A DNA stretch of 64,000 nt from Candidatus Poribacteria bacterium (GTDB lineage Bacteria; Poribacteria; WGA-4E; WGA-3G): NCBI GenBank assembly GCA_965214095.1, contig OZ243938.1, forward strand, positions 1,952,001 to 2,016,000, read 5' to 3'. Of this stretch, positions 1 through 9,791 are shown piece by piece. Position 1 is the stretch's first letter. Each line of letters begins with the position of its first letter. The position numbers were made by a program, and so were the translations under genes. Below the pieces are notes generated by a model. The model was not told where the DNA came from. It did not search any database and saw only the letters and a list, made by a program, of their open reading frames with translations.

Positions 1-123
1 TACAACAGCACATTCCTCAAACGGCTCTTTTTTTCCTTTCCAAATACCACTTTCAAAACTGAATAAATCTTGATTTGATAACTTTATCAATTCCCAATGA
101 TCAGGCAAATTCATTTCATGCAT
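1..123 (-). CDS. hsdS: Type I restriction-modification specificity subunit, 5' part (runs off window)
   Basis: Not in the ORF track. Manual translation MHEMNLPDHWELIKLSNQDLFSFESGIWKGKKEPFEECAVV has the LP..W HsdS N-terminal motif. The ATG overlaps the upstream TAA (TAATG), and the gene lies downstream of hsdM. Confidence 0.75.
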   Translation of the reverse strand, partial: MHEMNLPDHWELIKLSNQDLFSFESGIWKGKKEPFEECAVV

Positions 124-3100
124 TACGAATCTCCGAATGCTTTTTGGATGTCGTGATATGTTTTAACTTCCTGAAAATTTTCATACGGATCATTGGGATT
201 TTGGGATACTTGATGTCTATTTCCCCATATTACCCAAATTAATTCACCACCTACTTCTGTTAAAAACCTATCTAATAAATCTTTGCGTAGATATGTAAAG
301 TGCTGTACGTTTCCCCATATTTCGCCATCTCGAAAACTTATTGAAGCCCGTTTACCGTTTACTTTCTCAAAAAGATCAAAACTTTGAGGATGTCCATATA
401 GGTCTAAACTGTCTGCAATCTCCCTCGCTGGTATAGCAATTGACCGATGTGGATTTGCTGCACTACAAGATTCCTCCCAACAGTTATCTCTTACCGGTAC
501 CAATGCCTCAAATTGTTGATATTTGGGTTGCTCTACTTCAACCATTTTTTTCTCTATTTTAAGATTTTGTTCACTTAAACGTGCTTTAAGTATTTCCTCA
601 TCCTCTATTTCAATTAGATCCGGTGCACTATGCCAAAATTGAAATTCCTCATATAAGGATATAGGTTCCCCATCCCTAAGCAGCTCCAACTGTTCGTGGA
701 GAACAATATCCTTTTCTATTTCAAACGAAAAATCTTCCCATCCGTTTGTTGGAAAAGTATCACTCCAGGGTATTTCTCCTGCATAAGTTCGATAGTCCTC
801 TGGGATAAATGGTGCGGTGTGTCCGTCAATATTCTCTTGTCTATTCAAGATATCAACAATTTCCTCAACTTCATCAGATTTTACAATCAATCCTTGCAAC
901 CAAACAAACATACTACGGTTGACCTGTTTATCTTCTTGGCTTAGGTATCCCTGCAAAAGCACCCAAGAACCTTGTTCTTCACAAAGTTGGTCAACATTCA
1001 AATACGGTGTTAAATCTGGGTGCGGTGTCTTCAATACCCATTGTTCTGTAGATCCTTCACGATCACCTAAATAATCTTCTTTGACTAAATTATACTCACG
1101 GTGTTCATCGGGAAAACTTGGATCAATATCTGCCCCTGAAATACGACCTTCGTCATAGCGATCCGGTAATAAATTGTTATCTTGCCGAAATCCTGCAAGC
1201 TCAAAAAAAGCAATCCACGAGTATTTTTTGCCGTACCTGTCTATTTTTCTGCCATCTCCCGATCTAGCAAACTTTCTATAGTTGCCTTCTGCAAGCCAGC
1301 CATCAATTTCTCCAAAACTTTCCAATGAAAATCCTAAATCGTATATCCTCCAGCGAATATTTGCTACAACACGCTTGTATTCGGGATGTTTGTTATTATA
1401 GGGTGCTCTACCTTTTACTAATGTTCCAAGTGTGTAATTCTCAAAATCCATCTGTAATGGAGCAGGACCTTTTTCATATTCACCTTTATTCTTATTTTCA
1501 CTTTCACCCCAATCTCGTATGCCACCATCTGTAAAAGGTGGTTTTATACGTAACTTTTCGTCATCTGTTAGTAAGTCAGGTTTATGTATCAACGCTATGT
1601 CAATAGTTCGTTTTGCATAATCACGTGCTAATATATGCGTTGTTGCATACGGAGCGTTAGGTTCAAATATGCTTTCATACAATTGTTTTGCATATTTAGG
1701 TAACATTTCATTTACAAAACTGGTATCATCAAAATCGTTTTGCCGTGCCATTGCAATCCCATAAGTTGCAGCTAACATCCGTTCAGGAACATAAGGATCG
1801 TTAATAGTGAAAGATTTAAGGACTAAATCAAAAAACTCATTGGGGAAACGTCTACCATACCAATAAAGAGCGCGTGTTGCTATATCACGTAATGGCCTGA
1901 CTGTTGACGTAAATATCCACATAATGTATTCTGCTAAAAGATGTAGACGTTCTTCTGATACGTCTTGAGCGTTTCGGCAAGTTTTTTCAAAACGTATTAC
2001 TATCTCTTCAAAACTATAACGGTTACGCCGGACATATTCTGTCCAGCTCAGGTCTCGTTCTGACATAGACAGTCCCAAAAGTCGTTCTGACCAAAACGAA
2101 GCATTGAACGGATGATTGGGGTGTCCAACGGTAGTTTCTGCTAACTGAAAGAACGTTTTTCGGTTCTCAGGCACTTCAAAGAGGGTGACGATTAGATTAA
2201 TACACTTTTCGTTTATATTTCTTGGGGAAATTTCAAACAAAGCGCATATTGATAGACCCAATATCTTTTCATTATTTGAAAGCTCGTGCAGAAAATGCCC
2301 TGTCTTGGCTGGTAAGAGTGCAGCCAGACATCTGCTAATGTCTTCGTGCATTGGATGTAAGGTTTGGTGGTCTTCACTAAATAATGCTCCTACTACCTCC
2401 TCACTATTTATGTATCCTTGCACATCGCCATCAGCTTTTTCAAGCAAATATTTGGCAATGAGATAACCTCCGAGTAGGTCGTAGGTAAAATGCATTACTT
2501 CACCAACACCTGTCCAATCTCGATAGACTAACAACCCTTCACTTTCTATGGCATGCGTTTTTGATGACGGCCAATCCAAATGTTCACGGGGTTGATCGTC
2601 TACAATACGGACCAATTCCTCAAAAGGGATCTCGCGACTGCTATGTTGCCACAAGTACTCCGCCATCTTGTTTAAGGCTGACTGAATTATAATTGTTTTT
2701 GGATGACGCTTCAGACGATCGCATATTGCTTTGTTGCATTGCTCCAGATACTCCTCAAAAACTTCAAATAGTGTTTCTTCACCTACATAAATTTCTTTCT
2801 CAATCTCACGTTCACGATTTTTGGTTTCACAGAAAATCTTAAGGAAGATAGGATGTCCAAACTGGCTCAATGATGCCAACGTAAGATTAGCAGTAATTTT
2901 GTACGCTTTGAAGTACTTTTTAACTGCAGGCTCTACCTCCTCGGATGGATTAAAACCGTCGGCATAAGTCAAATTTAGTGAATCCTTATCTTTCCAAATT
3001 ATCTTTCCCCGAATGATATCTTCTCGTGGACTCACCTCTTTCCAAATTGCATCTTTATAGCTCGTGCGACAAGTTGTAATTAACACAAGGTTCTCTGTTT

Positions 3101-4520
3101 GTACAATCTCTTGAACAAATCCTTTTAGTCCAAAGTCCCATATATTTGAAAAAGTCCCGTTATGTACCGATTCATTAAGTCCATCAATTATCAACGGAAT
3201 ACGGGTATGGTATGCTTCAGCAGCGGCTGATAGTGCTTGCAAAAAGTCGTGCCAACTATAGGATGGCGGAATGTCAAGAAGCTCTCGCAACTGAACTTCA
3301 ACTGCTTGATCGGTCCTAAATTGGCTTCCACGAACAAATAGTGCGGGTAATCCGTTTTTCAATCGGTCTTCACAGATATTGCAAGCGATGTGCGTTTTGC
3401 CAATTCCAGCATCCCCAAGGATATGCAGATCCGACTCGTTGATAAGTCCGAGTTGCCAGATTACAGATGGAAAAAATTCATCCATTAATCTGGCAACTAA
3501 GTTATCCGGTCCATGAACAATCGTGCTTGCATAGTTTAAAACTTGATCTTCATATTGCTTTTCAGTAGTACACTTCATCTTTGTTGGGCCAGATTCCCTC
3601 ACAACCTCTCCATAGGCATCAAAAGTTTTGTGAAGCTGATCAAGTGTAAACCTCCAATCTATAGACTGCACCTTTGAGAAGTCTTTTTCAACCAAAAGAT
3701 CTCCTGTTTGTTTCAACTGTATATTGATGTTTAGCAAGAAATCTTGAAGTGATTCAGCTGCCTTGATGACCTTAGACCTTTCTTCTCCATCCCATTCAAT
3801 ATACGGAATTGGAGAATTGATCTTATTAATCGCATCCTTTAAATCTGTGAGTTCTTCTTCAAGTTTTACATTCCATTGATCAATCTGTTGCACAAATGCT
3901 TTATCACCTAAAAGCGCGTGAATTTCAGCATCTACGTTAGTTTCGGTATGCAATGACGAATCAAATTTTTCACCCACGCCAGCCATCTGTTTGTCAAAAT
4001 GTGTTTTAAACCATTCAAGATCAAGTTCCAACTCACCGAAAAAATAGTGCCGTTTTCCACTAAAGCGAGATTTACTCATCCAGTCGTTGAAGTCACTGTC
4101 TCCCCAGTGTTCAAGATCGACATCCATATTCGGTGGAATCGACTGTCGAAGCGTGTTATCAAACCAAACCTGCTCGCCTTGACTTCTCCCCTTTCTGGGC
4201 GTAAAATTAGTGGGCGTACACAAAATCCATTTTTTCAGGTGTGGATGCACTTCACAGGCTTTTTTTAGTGATTTTTTGATTGATTGCTTACGACTATTGT
4301 TCAAGCGTTTATCAGGAAAGTAAAACTTGGCTTGCCAGCCCCATTCGTCTCCGTTTTCCAAGGTCAGATAGAATTCTACTCCGTCACCACCGCCACTATC
4401 GTCTATGGAAGTAAAACGTCCTTCATCTCCATGTAGTCCTTTTGCGATTTGATAACATAATTCCTCAAAACTTCGGTATTTATTGTTTTCATAGGGTTTG
4501 AGTTCTGACCAATCAATCAT
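123..4520 (-). CDS. STAND/NACHT NTPase anti-phage protein (AVAST Avs2-like) with N-terminal Mrr-like PD-(D/E)XK nuclease
   Basis: 1465 aa. N-terminal GDGVE...WQAK; Walker A GDAGIGKT; Walker B LIIDGLNE. C-terminal motifs (ERDLSWT, LRDIATRAL, NDPYVPER, RYGKKYSWIA) resemble Avs2 sensor regions. Confidence 0.72.
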   Translation of the reverse strand: MIDWSELKPYENNKYRSFEELCYQIAKGLHGDEGRFTSIDDSGGGDGVEFYLTLENGDEWGWQAKFYFPDKRLNNSRKQSIKKSLKKACEVHPHLKKWILCTPTNFTPRKGRSQGEQVWFDNTLRQSIPPNMDVDLEHWGDSDFNDWMSKSRFSGKRHYFFGELELDLEWFKTHFDKQMAGVGEKFDSSLHTETNVDAEIHALLGDKAFVQQIDQWNVKLEEELTDLKDAINKINSPIPYIEWDGEERSKVIKAAESLQDFLLNINIQLKQTGDLLVEKDFSKVQSIDWRFTLDQLHKTFDAYGEVVRESGPTKMKCTTEKQYEDQVLNYASTIVHGPDNLVARLMDEFFPSVIWQLGLINESDLHILGDAGIGKTHIACNICEDRLKNGLPALFVRGSQFRTDQAVEVQLRELLDIPPSYSWHDFLQALSAAAEAYHTRIPLIIDGLNESVHNGTFSNIWDFGLKGFVQEIVQTENLVLITTCRTSYKDAIWKEVSPREDIIRGKIIWKDKDSLNLTYADGFNPSEEVEPAVKKYFKAYKITANLTLASLSQFGHPIFLKIFCETKNREREIEKEIYVGEETLFEVFEEYLEQCNKAICDRLKRHPKTIIIQSALNKMAEYLWQHSSREIPFEELVRIVDDQPREHLDWPSSKTHAIESEGLLVYRDWTGVGEVMHFTYDLLGGYLIAKYLLEKADGDVQGYINSEEVVGALFSEDHQTLHPMHEDISRCLAALLPAKTGHFLHELSNNEKILGLSICALFEISPRNINEKCINLIVTLFEVPENRKTFFQLAETTVGHPNHPFNASFWSERLLGLSMSERDLSWTEYVRRNRYSFEEIVIRFEKTCRNAQDVSEERLHLLAEYIMWIFTSTVRPLRDIATRALYWYGRRFPNEFFDLVLKSFTINDPYVPERMLAATYGIAMARQNDFDDTSFVNEMLPKYAKQLYESIFEPNAPYATTHILARDYAKRTIDIALIHKPDLLTDDEKLRIKPPFTDGGIRDWGESENKNKGEYEKGPAPLQMDFENYTLGTLVKGRAPYNNKHPEYKRVVANIRWRIYDLGFSLESFGEIDGWLAEGNYRKFARSGDGRKIDRYGKKYSWIAFFELAGFRQDNNLLPDRYDEGRISGADIDPSFPDEHREYNLVKEDYLGDREGSTEQWVLKTPHPDLTPYLNVDQLCEEQGSWVLLQGYLSQEDKQVNRSMFVWLQGLIVKSDEVEEIVDILNRQENIDGHTAPFIPEDYRTYAGEIPWSDTFPTNGWEDFSFEIEKDIVLHEQLELLRDGEPISLYEEFQFWHSAPDLIEIEDEEILKARLSEQNLKIEKKMVEVEQPKYQQFEALVPVRDNCWEESCSAANPHRSIAIPAREIADSLDLYGHPQSFDLFEKVNGKRASISFRDGEIWGNVQHFTYLRKDLLDRFLTEVGGELIWVIWGNRHQVSQNPNDPYENFQEVKTYHDIQKAFGDS

Positions 4521-4524
4521 TGTC

Positions 4525-6159
4525 TTAATCTTCCTTGTTCAATCCAAGTTGCATGAGTACTTCTTCCAATGCGTTATCCGCTTTTTCGCGAGCAATACGC
4601 GCCTCTGTTAAGTCTGCCAAAATTTCATTCATTGGACGGTGTTCAACTTTATCACCGACATCTACAAACTGAGAGGGACTTAGGTTGTAATCGGTTTTCT
4701 GTGCCTCTTCAAGTGTAATAACGTTGCTTAACTTTTCACGCGATTCCCATGATTCATAGACTTCAGTGGCTGCTTTAATTCCATCATCAGTTAGGACGTT
4801 TTTCGGTTTTCCCTTTTCAAAATGCTGGGATAGGTTGATAAGTAGGATCTGATCTCTACGTTCTTCCGGTTTGTTGCGGTTTAGCAGCAATATAATGCCC
4901 GGTGCGTTTGTGTTATAAAATAGATTTTCGGGTAGCAGGACAACACCATCAATCAGGTCTTTTTCAACAAACTTTTTACGTATATCACGCTCGCGGCTGG
5001 TCTGCTTTGCACCAGAACCGCGGGAGACTGCGCCAGTGTCAAGGACAATCGCTGCACGTCCGTTATCTTTCAGAGAAGCGAGCATGTGCTGTACCCATGC
5101 CCAATCTGCAGAGGAACTTGGTGGATTTCCGTGAGAAAATCGGTTCCAACTATCGTTATCATAGAAATCTTCATCGTATTCCTTCTGATTCCACATCGGA
5201 TTTGCTACCACATAGTCAAAACGTTGGAGTTTTGAATTATCGGAAACAAAACGGGGATTGCGGAAAGTGTCTCCTATCCGAATATCCGCGCCGATAAAAT
5301 CGTGTAGAAAAGCGTTCATCTTTGCCATCGCGTAGGTGGTAGGGGTTAATTCTTGTCCGTAGATGCGGGGTGCTTGGCTTTTTTCGTCTGGGTGCGTTTC
5401 ATCAAATTGTAACCGACCTTTGATAAGTAGGCCACCTGATCCGCATGCTGGATCGTAGATAGTGGAATAGGGTTCGGGGTTAAGCAGTTTTGCCATTAAC
5501 CATCCAACCTCTTTTGGTGTGTAGAACTCGCCTGCGCTCTGTCCTTGTCCTTCTGCGAATTTCCGTAATAGATACTCATAAGCACGTCCTAGAATATCCG
5601 GTTCTGCATCTTCAAGTCCCAGCCGATGTTCACTTATAACTTCAATCAGTTTCTCAAGGCGTTGGTCGTCAATAAGTCGTTGTCCGCTTTGTGTTTCGCT
5701 AAAATCTTCTACATTAATCACGCCTTCTAAGCGCGGGTTTATCTTTGCCACCTCTTGCATTGCGTCAGTTACAAACTGTCCTAACCGCCCATCCGCGGGC
5801 TGGTTTCGGAGTGCTTCCCAACTATACTCTTGTGGAATATAGAAACGGACAATCGGGTTGCGCTCAGATTTAAGTGCGTCCTCATGGTCTGCTTCAATTA
5901 TCTCTCGTGCTAATTCTTCATCACCGTACTCCGTTTTCTGTTTTTGGAATTCGTCATCAAACACATCGGAGAGTCGTTTATAGAAGATTAGCGGTAAGAT
6001 GAAATCCTTGAATTTAGGTGCATCGGTTGTACCGCGTATCACACACGCAGCATCCCATAGCCATGTTTCAAGTGTGGAAATGTCTAAATGTGCGTCGTTA
6101 TCGGGTTCCAGCAGGAGTGTGGTTTGTGCGGTTTCGTTTGGGGTTTTGTTTTTTGACAA
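4525..6159 (-). CDS. hsdM: Type I R-M N6-adenine methyltransferase subunit M
   Basis: LETWLWDAA N-terminus, GEFYTP, YDPACGSGG (motif I), NPMW (motif IV), LPENLFYNT. Confidence 0.93.
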   Translation of the reverse strand: MSKNKTPNETAQTTLLLEPDNDAHLDISTLETWLWDAACVIRGTTDAPKFKDFILPLIFYKRLSDVFDDEFQKQKTEYGDEELAREIIEADHEDALKSERNPIVRFYIPQEYSWEALRNQPADGRLGQFVTDAMQEVAKINPRLEGVINVEDFSETQSGQRLIDDQRLEKLIEVISEHRLGLEDAEPDILGRAYEYLLRKFAEGQGQSAGEFYTPKEVGWLMAKLLNPEPYSTIYDPACGSGGLLIKGRLQFDETHPDEKSQAPRIYGQELTPTTYAMAKMNAFLHDFIGADIRIGDTFRNPRFVSDNSKLQRFDYVVANPMWNQKEYDEDFYDNDSWNRFSHGNPPSSSADWAWVQHMLASLKDNGRAAIVLDTGAVSRGSGAKQTSRERDIRKKFVEKDLIDGVVLLPENLFYNTNAPGIILLLNRNKPEERRDQILLINLSQHFEKGKPKNVLTDDGIKAATEVYESWESREKLSNVITLEEAQKTDYNLSPSQFVDVGDKVEHRPMNEILADLTEARIAREKADNALEEVLMQLGLNKED

Positions 6160-6312
6160 GGGAGATGCTCCTTCGGTTTTCTATTAGTGAATTATAGCAT
6201 CAAATTCAAATATTATCTAATGTTTTTAGTTATGTATCAGGGCTTTTTAGTTTTATAAATTGCCAGTTGATGAGTTTTGCTAAGAGTTAGGTTTGAATTG
6301 TAGCGATGCATA

Positions 6313-6379
6313 GTAGTAGGCACACGCCGTATGCCGTAATTTCCTCTCAGGTGAACGGCACGCGGAGCGTGCCTACTAC
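6313..6379. repeat. REP/REPIN-like inverted pair (GTAGTAGGCAC...GTGCCTACTAC)
   Basis: Inverted arms starting with GTAG; degenerate relative at about 58555-58611. Confidence 0.65.
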
Positions 6380-6613
6380 CATGATGGATTCGCACTTAAC
6401 TTGATCTACAATACATTAACGGCTACGGTATTGGTTTTAATTGGTGGATTGCCTGATGTTTTACAAGTTTCTAATCTGAGAAATCTGTGTAATTCAGTGT
6501 TAATCCGCTATTACGTGCACCAAAGTTTTCACTTGAAAATAAAAATGGACGTTTGGTATACTCAATATACAATTTAAACCGGCAAAATTGCGATTGTGAG
6601 AGGAGGCAGATAT

Positions 6614-7678
6614 ATGAAATGGGAAGGTAGAGAAGCATTCATTTACACAGAACCTGTTAGTGAATTAAAAAAGTGGATTCCATCCTTTGATAGGGTGCCA
6701 TTCAAACTGCATAATGGTGGCACCAATAAATACCTTGACAATATTATACGCCAATCGCTCAGTACTGATGCTGAGTTTATTAGAGATCGTCAGGACATAC
6801 CCGTAGGTGTTGCTACCAAGCGATACCATCTTTTTCAACATCAGGACGTATTCCAAGCATTAGTCGGCGGATTGAGATTATCAAAGTTATCTGATACTGA
6901 TATACAGTCGCTTGTAGCCACTTTGAAAATAAAAGAATATGGAGAATCTATGTGGGTGAGTTTCACATTAGCCAACCACCAATTAAACGAAGCCTCCCAT
7001 TTTCCATTTTTATTGGAAGTTAGCGGTTTAAACACAGTTCTTGCTGGAAAAGCTTTAGATGTTCGATTAAGTTGGTATGAACCGCAATACAGAACAAGAA
7101 TACCTTTCGGTATGTTAACTCGACAAGAGGTAAAATTTAAAAAGATAAGTATCAAAAAAGCGAAAGCGTTAGACTCAGTAGCATTCACTGATGAAATAAT
7201 ATCATTTTTGCTTACACATTTCGATATCATTTCAGGCGAGAGGGAACTATACAATCGGTGGATAAATGCAGAGGTAAGCCAGCATACATTGGCAGGTTGG
7301 ATAGATATGACTGTTAAGAACAAATGGAATTATGAATTGGCAGCAAGAGCATACAATATCGCGATAAATGGATACGATATCCAAGTTAAAAAGTTAGCAG
7401 ATAATGATAACGACCAAGACACTGAGAGGCGAAAAAAGTATTCAAACCCCTCACAACTTACCCGATATCTTCCCGCACCGCGCTTTTATGAGCGAAAAAA
7501 GGATGCGCCAGCAAAATTCGCACCGGCCAGAAACGCATTTGATGTTAGTTTAGCCCTGAGTTGGTTATTAAGTCAACAAAACACCATACCGAAGCAATTA
7601 AAATGGGTTGAGATCCCAGAACTAATGGAAGCGTTAGTAGCTGCAGATGAAAAACTTCGGTTTTCTTTGAAAGCTTAG
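6614..7678 (+). CDS. DUF932/DUF945-like hypothetical protein
   Basis: AGGAGG SD before ATG 6614. VGVATKRYHLFQH resembles the DUF932 N-terminal motif. Candidate promoter TTGAAA(6533)-18-TATACT(6557). Confidence 0.5.
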   Translation: MKWEGREAFIYTEPVSELKKWIPSFDRVPFKLHNGGTNKYLDNIIRQSLSTDAEFIRDRQDIPVGVATKRYHLFQHQDVFQALVGGLRLSKLSDTDIQSLVATLKIKEYGESMWVSFTLANHQLNEASHFPFLLEVSGLNTVLAGKALDVRLSWYEPQYRTRIPFGMLTRQEVKFKKISIKKAKALDSVAFTDEIISFLLTHFDIISGERELYNRWINAEVSQHTLAGWIDMTVKNKWNYELAARAYNIAINGYDIQVKKLADNDNDQDTERRKKYSNPSQLTRYLPAPRFYERKKDAPAKFAPARNAFDVSLALSWLLSQQNTIPKQLKWVEIPELMEALVAADEKLRFSLKA

Positions 7679-7925
7679 GAAACCTTGTTCAAATGACCTA
7701 ACAGAAAATGGTTGTGTAGGGTTTGGGAAACCTAACAACTGAATATAAAAAAAGCATTGAAGATTTTGAACAGAAAACCGGTATTCAGTTGCCAGAAGAC
7801 ATCGTCGCACTGCTAACCCACCCGTAGGTTTAGATGTACTAAATCTGTTTGTTTAGTAGGTTGTCTGAGGTTACGGACTTTAATCCTCAAATTAGAATTT
7901 ACCTGTTGAGAGAATAAATCAAGAT

Positions 7926-7975
7926 TGTCTGAACCAGGATTTTTAGATTTTCAGGATTTTTAGATTTTCAGGATT
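7926..7975. repeat. GTCTGAACCAGGATT + (AGATTTTCAGGATT)-type short tandem repeat family
   Basis: Related copies at about 48731-48771 and 63717-63757. Confidence 0.65.
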
Positions 7976-8027
7976 GGGAGTTTCTATTATCTGAGTGCAT
8001 TGCATAAGATAGACTTTTCTGAATATA

Positions 8028-8102
8028 TACCTGTCGCCCCGCTGGGGCTTTGTATGTGTGAGTTGCACGTTTCTATACACCTTCCGCACCGCTGGTGCTA
8101 TA
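8028..8102. repeat. Tandem CGCCCCGCTGGGGCT-type hairpin units (second unit degenerate)
   Basis: Same doublet at 28318-28392. Confidence 0.65.
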
Positions 8103-8140
8103 CACAAATACCATTTAGATTTATACCATTATCTGGCATT

Positions 8141-8277
8141 TATAGTAAAACTTGCAATTAATGAAACATATTGTCCCAATTGCCTATTCAAATAATGTCC
8201 GAGGCGCAATGAATTGCGCGACTACAAACGCGTTTTTCTAAATGTAAAGTGTATTGTTAATTTCAAATTTCACTATA
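8141..8277. mobile_element. MITE-like element, TATAGT...ACTATA ends, core GGCGCAATGAATTGCGCGACTAC
   Basis: Inverted ends; the core recurs at about 56700, 59473 and 63766. Confidence 0.6.
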
Positions 8278-8568
8278 AATAACCCTGGTTATGTATTATG
8301 TCACCTTTATCTGTGTTCAATATGTGAACAGAGATGTTCAAATTCTTACCAAATCTCTTAGCAATCAATAACCAAATTGTGGTTGAAAACGAAATTGACG
8401 ACAATTCCGATTGGTATCATTCTTGCACATACTTATGATATAGATCGGACATCTATTTTGCAAACAAAACACCTTGATAATATGTTTGAAAAATGCTAAA
8501 ATCTTATCTATAAGTTCTACTACGAAATTGTTTATATAAATAAAGTACAAGCGAAAAGGATAGAGAAA

Positions 8569-9528
8569 ATGAAAAAAATGGTTTGGGCAGCGATGCTGCT
8601 CTTGATGTGTGTATCTTTTGGTCACGCTGAATATAATGGTGAATGTTGGATTGTTAGTAGTGGTATGACTGTTTATAGATTACATGCCAATGGGGAAGGA
8701 GACCCCACCGCAATAGAAAATTTGACAAATGCAAGTGATGTTCAGGTCAATCCTGTCAATGGTATTGTATGGATTGCAGTCTCCGCCTCTAATACTGTGT
8801 TTAGATTTGACCCTGCAGCTGGTACATTCACGCAAACGCCAGCAATTAAATCGCCTACTGGGTTATCTATTAACCCCACTGATGGTGCTATCTGGATTGC
8901 TGGACTTGATGGGGTCAGAAAGGTTTCAGCAGATGGACAAAGTTTTCTTGCCGAAATCATACCGCCAGATGGACCAGCGAATTTGGATGCGGGTAGGTTC
9001 AGTGTAGCCGTAAACCCAAAGGATGGTAGCTGCTGGATTGCAGATGGAAAAGGACCAATTGCACGCTATGATGCTGATGGGAATAAAGTTGCAACTGCTC
9101 CCCCGATGAATGAGCCAAAAGGTGGGATGTCAGTTGACTATCAAGGAAATGTTTGGGTCGCTGACACACAAAATAATGCGCTTGTCCGACTGTCTCCTGA
9201 TGGTAAAGAGTTGGTAAAACTTTCAGACATTAAGGCACCGGTTTCACCCAGTGTGAACCCTAAAGATGGCAGTGTATGGGTAGCTTCAAACAATAATTTG
9301 TTACTGAAAATTTCTCCAACTGGCACAACAGAGCAGACCCATGAAGTAGGAATGGCAATCGTGGCTGTAAGTTATTCTCCAGCGGAGAATGAAATTTGGA
9401 TTGCGGATATGCTTGGATCAACTTTTTCAGGTGAAGTTAGTAAATGGACAGCAAATGGTAAGAGACGTTTCGCAATTGCCGTACCACAACCCTCTAAAGT
9501 TTCAATCGGATTTTGGGAAGGGAATTAA
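8569..9528 (+). CDS. Secreted beta-propeller protein (NHL/Vgb-like repeats)
   Basis: Signal peptide; repeated V/INPxDGxxWIA units. Confidence 0.75.
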   Translation: MKKMVWAAMLLLMCVSFGHAEYNGECWIVSSGMTVYRLHANGEGDPTAIENLTNASDVQVNPVNGIVWIAVSASNTVFRFDPAAGTFTQTPAIKSPTGLSINPTDGAIWIAGLDGVRKVSADGQSFLAEIIPPDGPANLDAGRFSVAVNPKDGSCWIADGKGPIARYDADGNKVATAPPMNEPKGGMSVDYQGNVWVADTQNNALVRLSPDGKELVKLSDIKAPVSPSVNPKDGSVWVASNNNLLLKISPTGTTEQTHEVGMAIVAVSYSPAENEIWIADMLGSTFSGEVSKWTANGKRRFAIAVPQPSKVSIGFWEGN

Positions 9529-9627
9529 GTTTAAGATTTAGTGCTTCTTGGAATGAGAATTGGTTTGATTCTCCGTGTCTCGTCCCTTATCTGTTTATTA
9601 AATGTAAGAGCACGTGCACACTCCCCG

Positions 9628-9730
9628 GTAGATGCGGTTTCCTAACCGCATCTATAACACTGAACAAACACCGGTTCGGTTAGGAAACCGAACCTACCGT
9701 AGTGTGTAAATAATTATGGTTTTTACTATA
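9628..9730. repeat. REP-like doublet (GTAGATGCGGTTTCCTAACCGCATC / GGTTCGGTTAGGAAACCGAACCTAC) ending in ACTATA
   Basis: Inverted hairpin pair with GTAG/CTAC ends. Confidence 0.65.
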
Positions 9731-9791
9731 ATTAATAGACCTCTATTCAAACAAATTTGATATAAGTCAAATTATACTTGTAAGGTGTATC

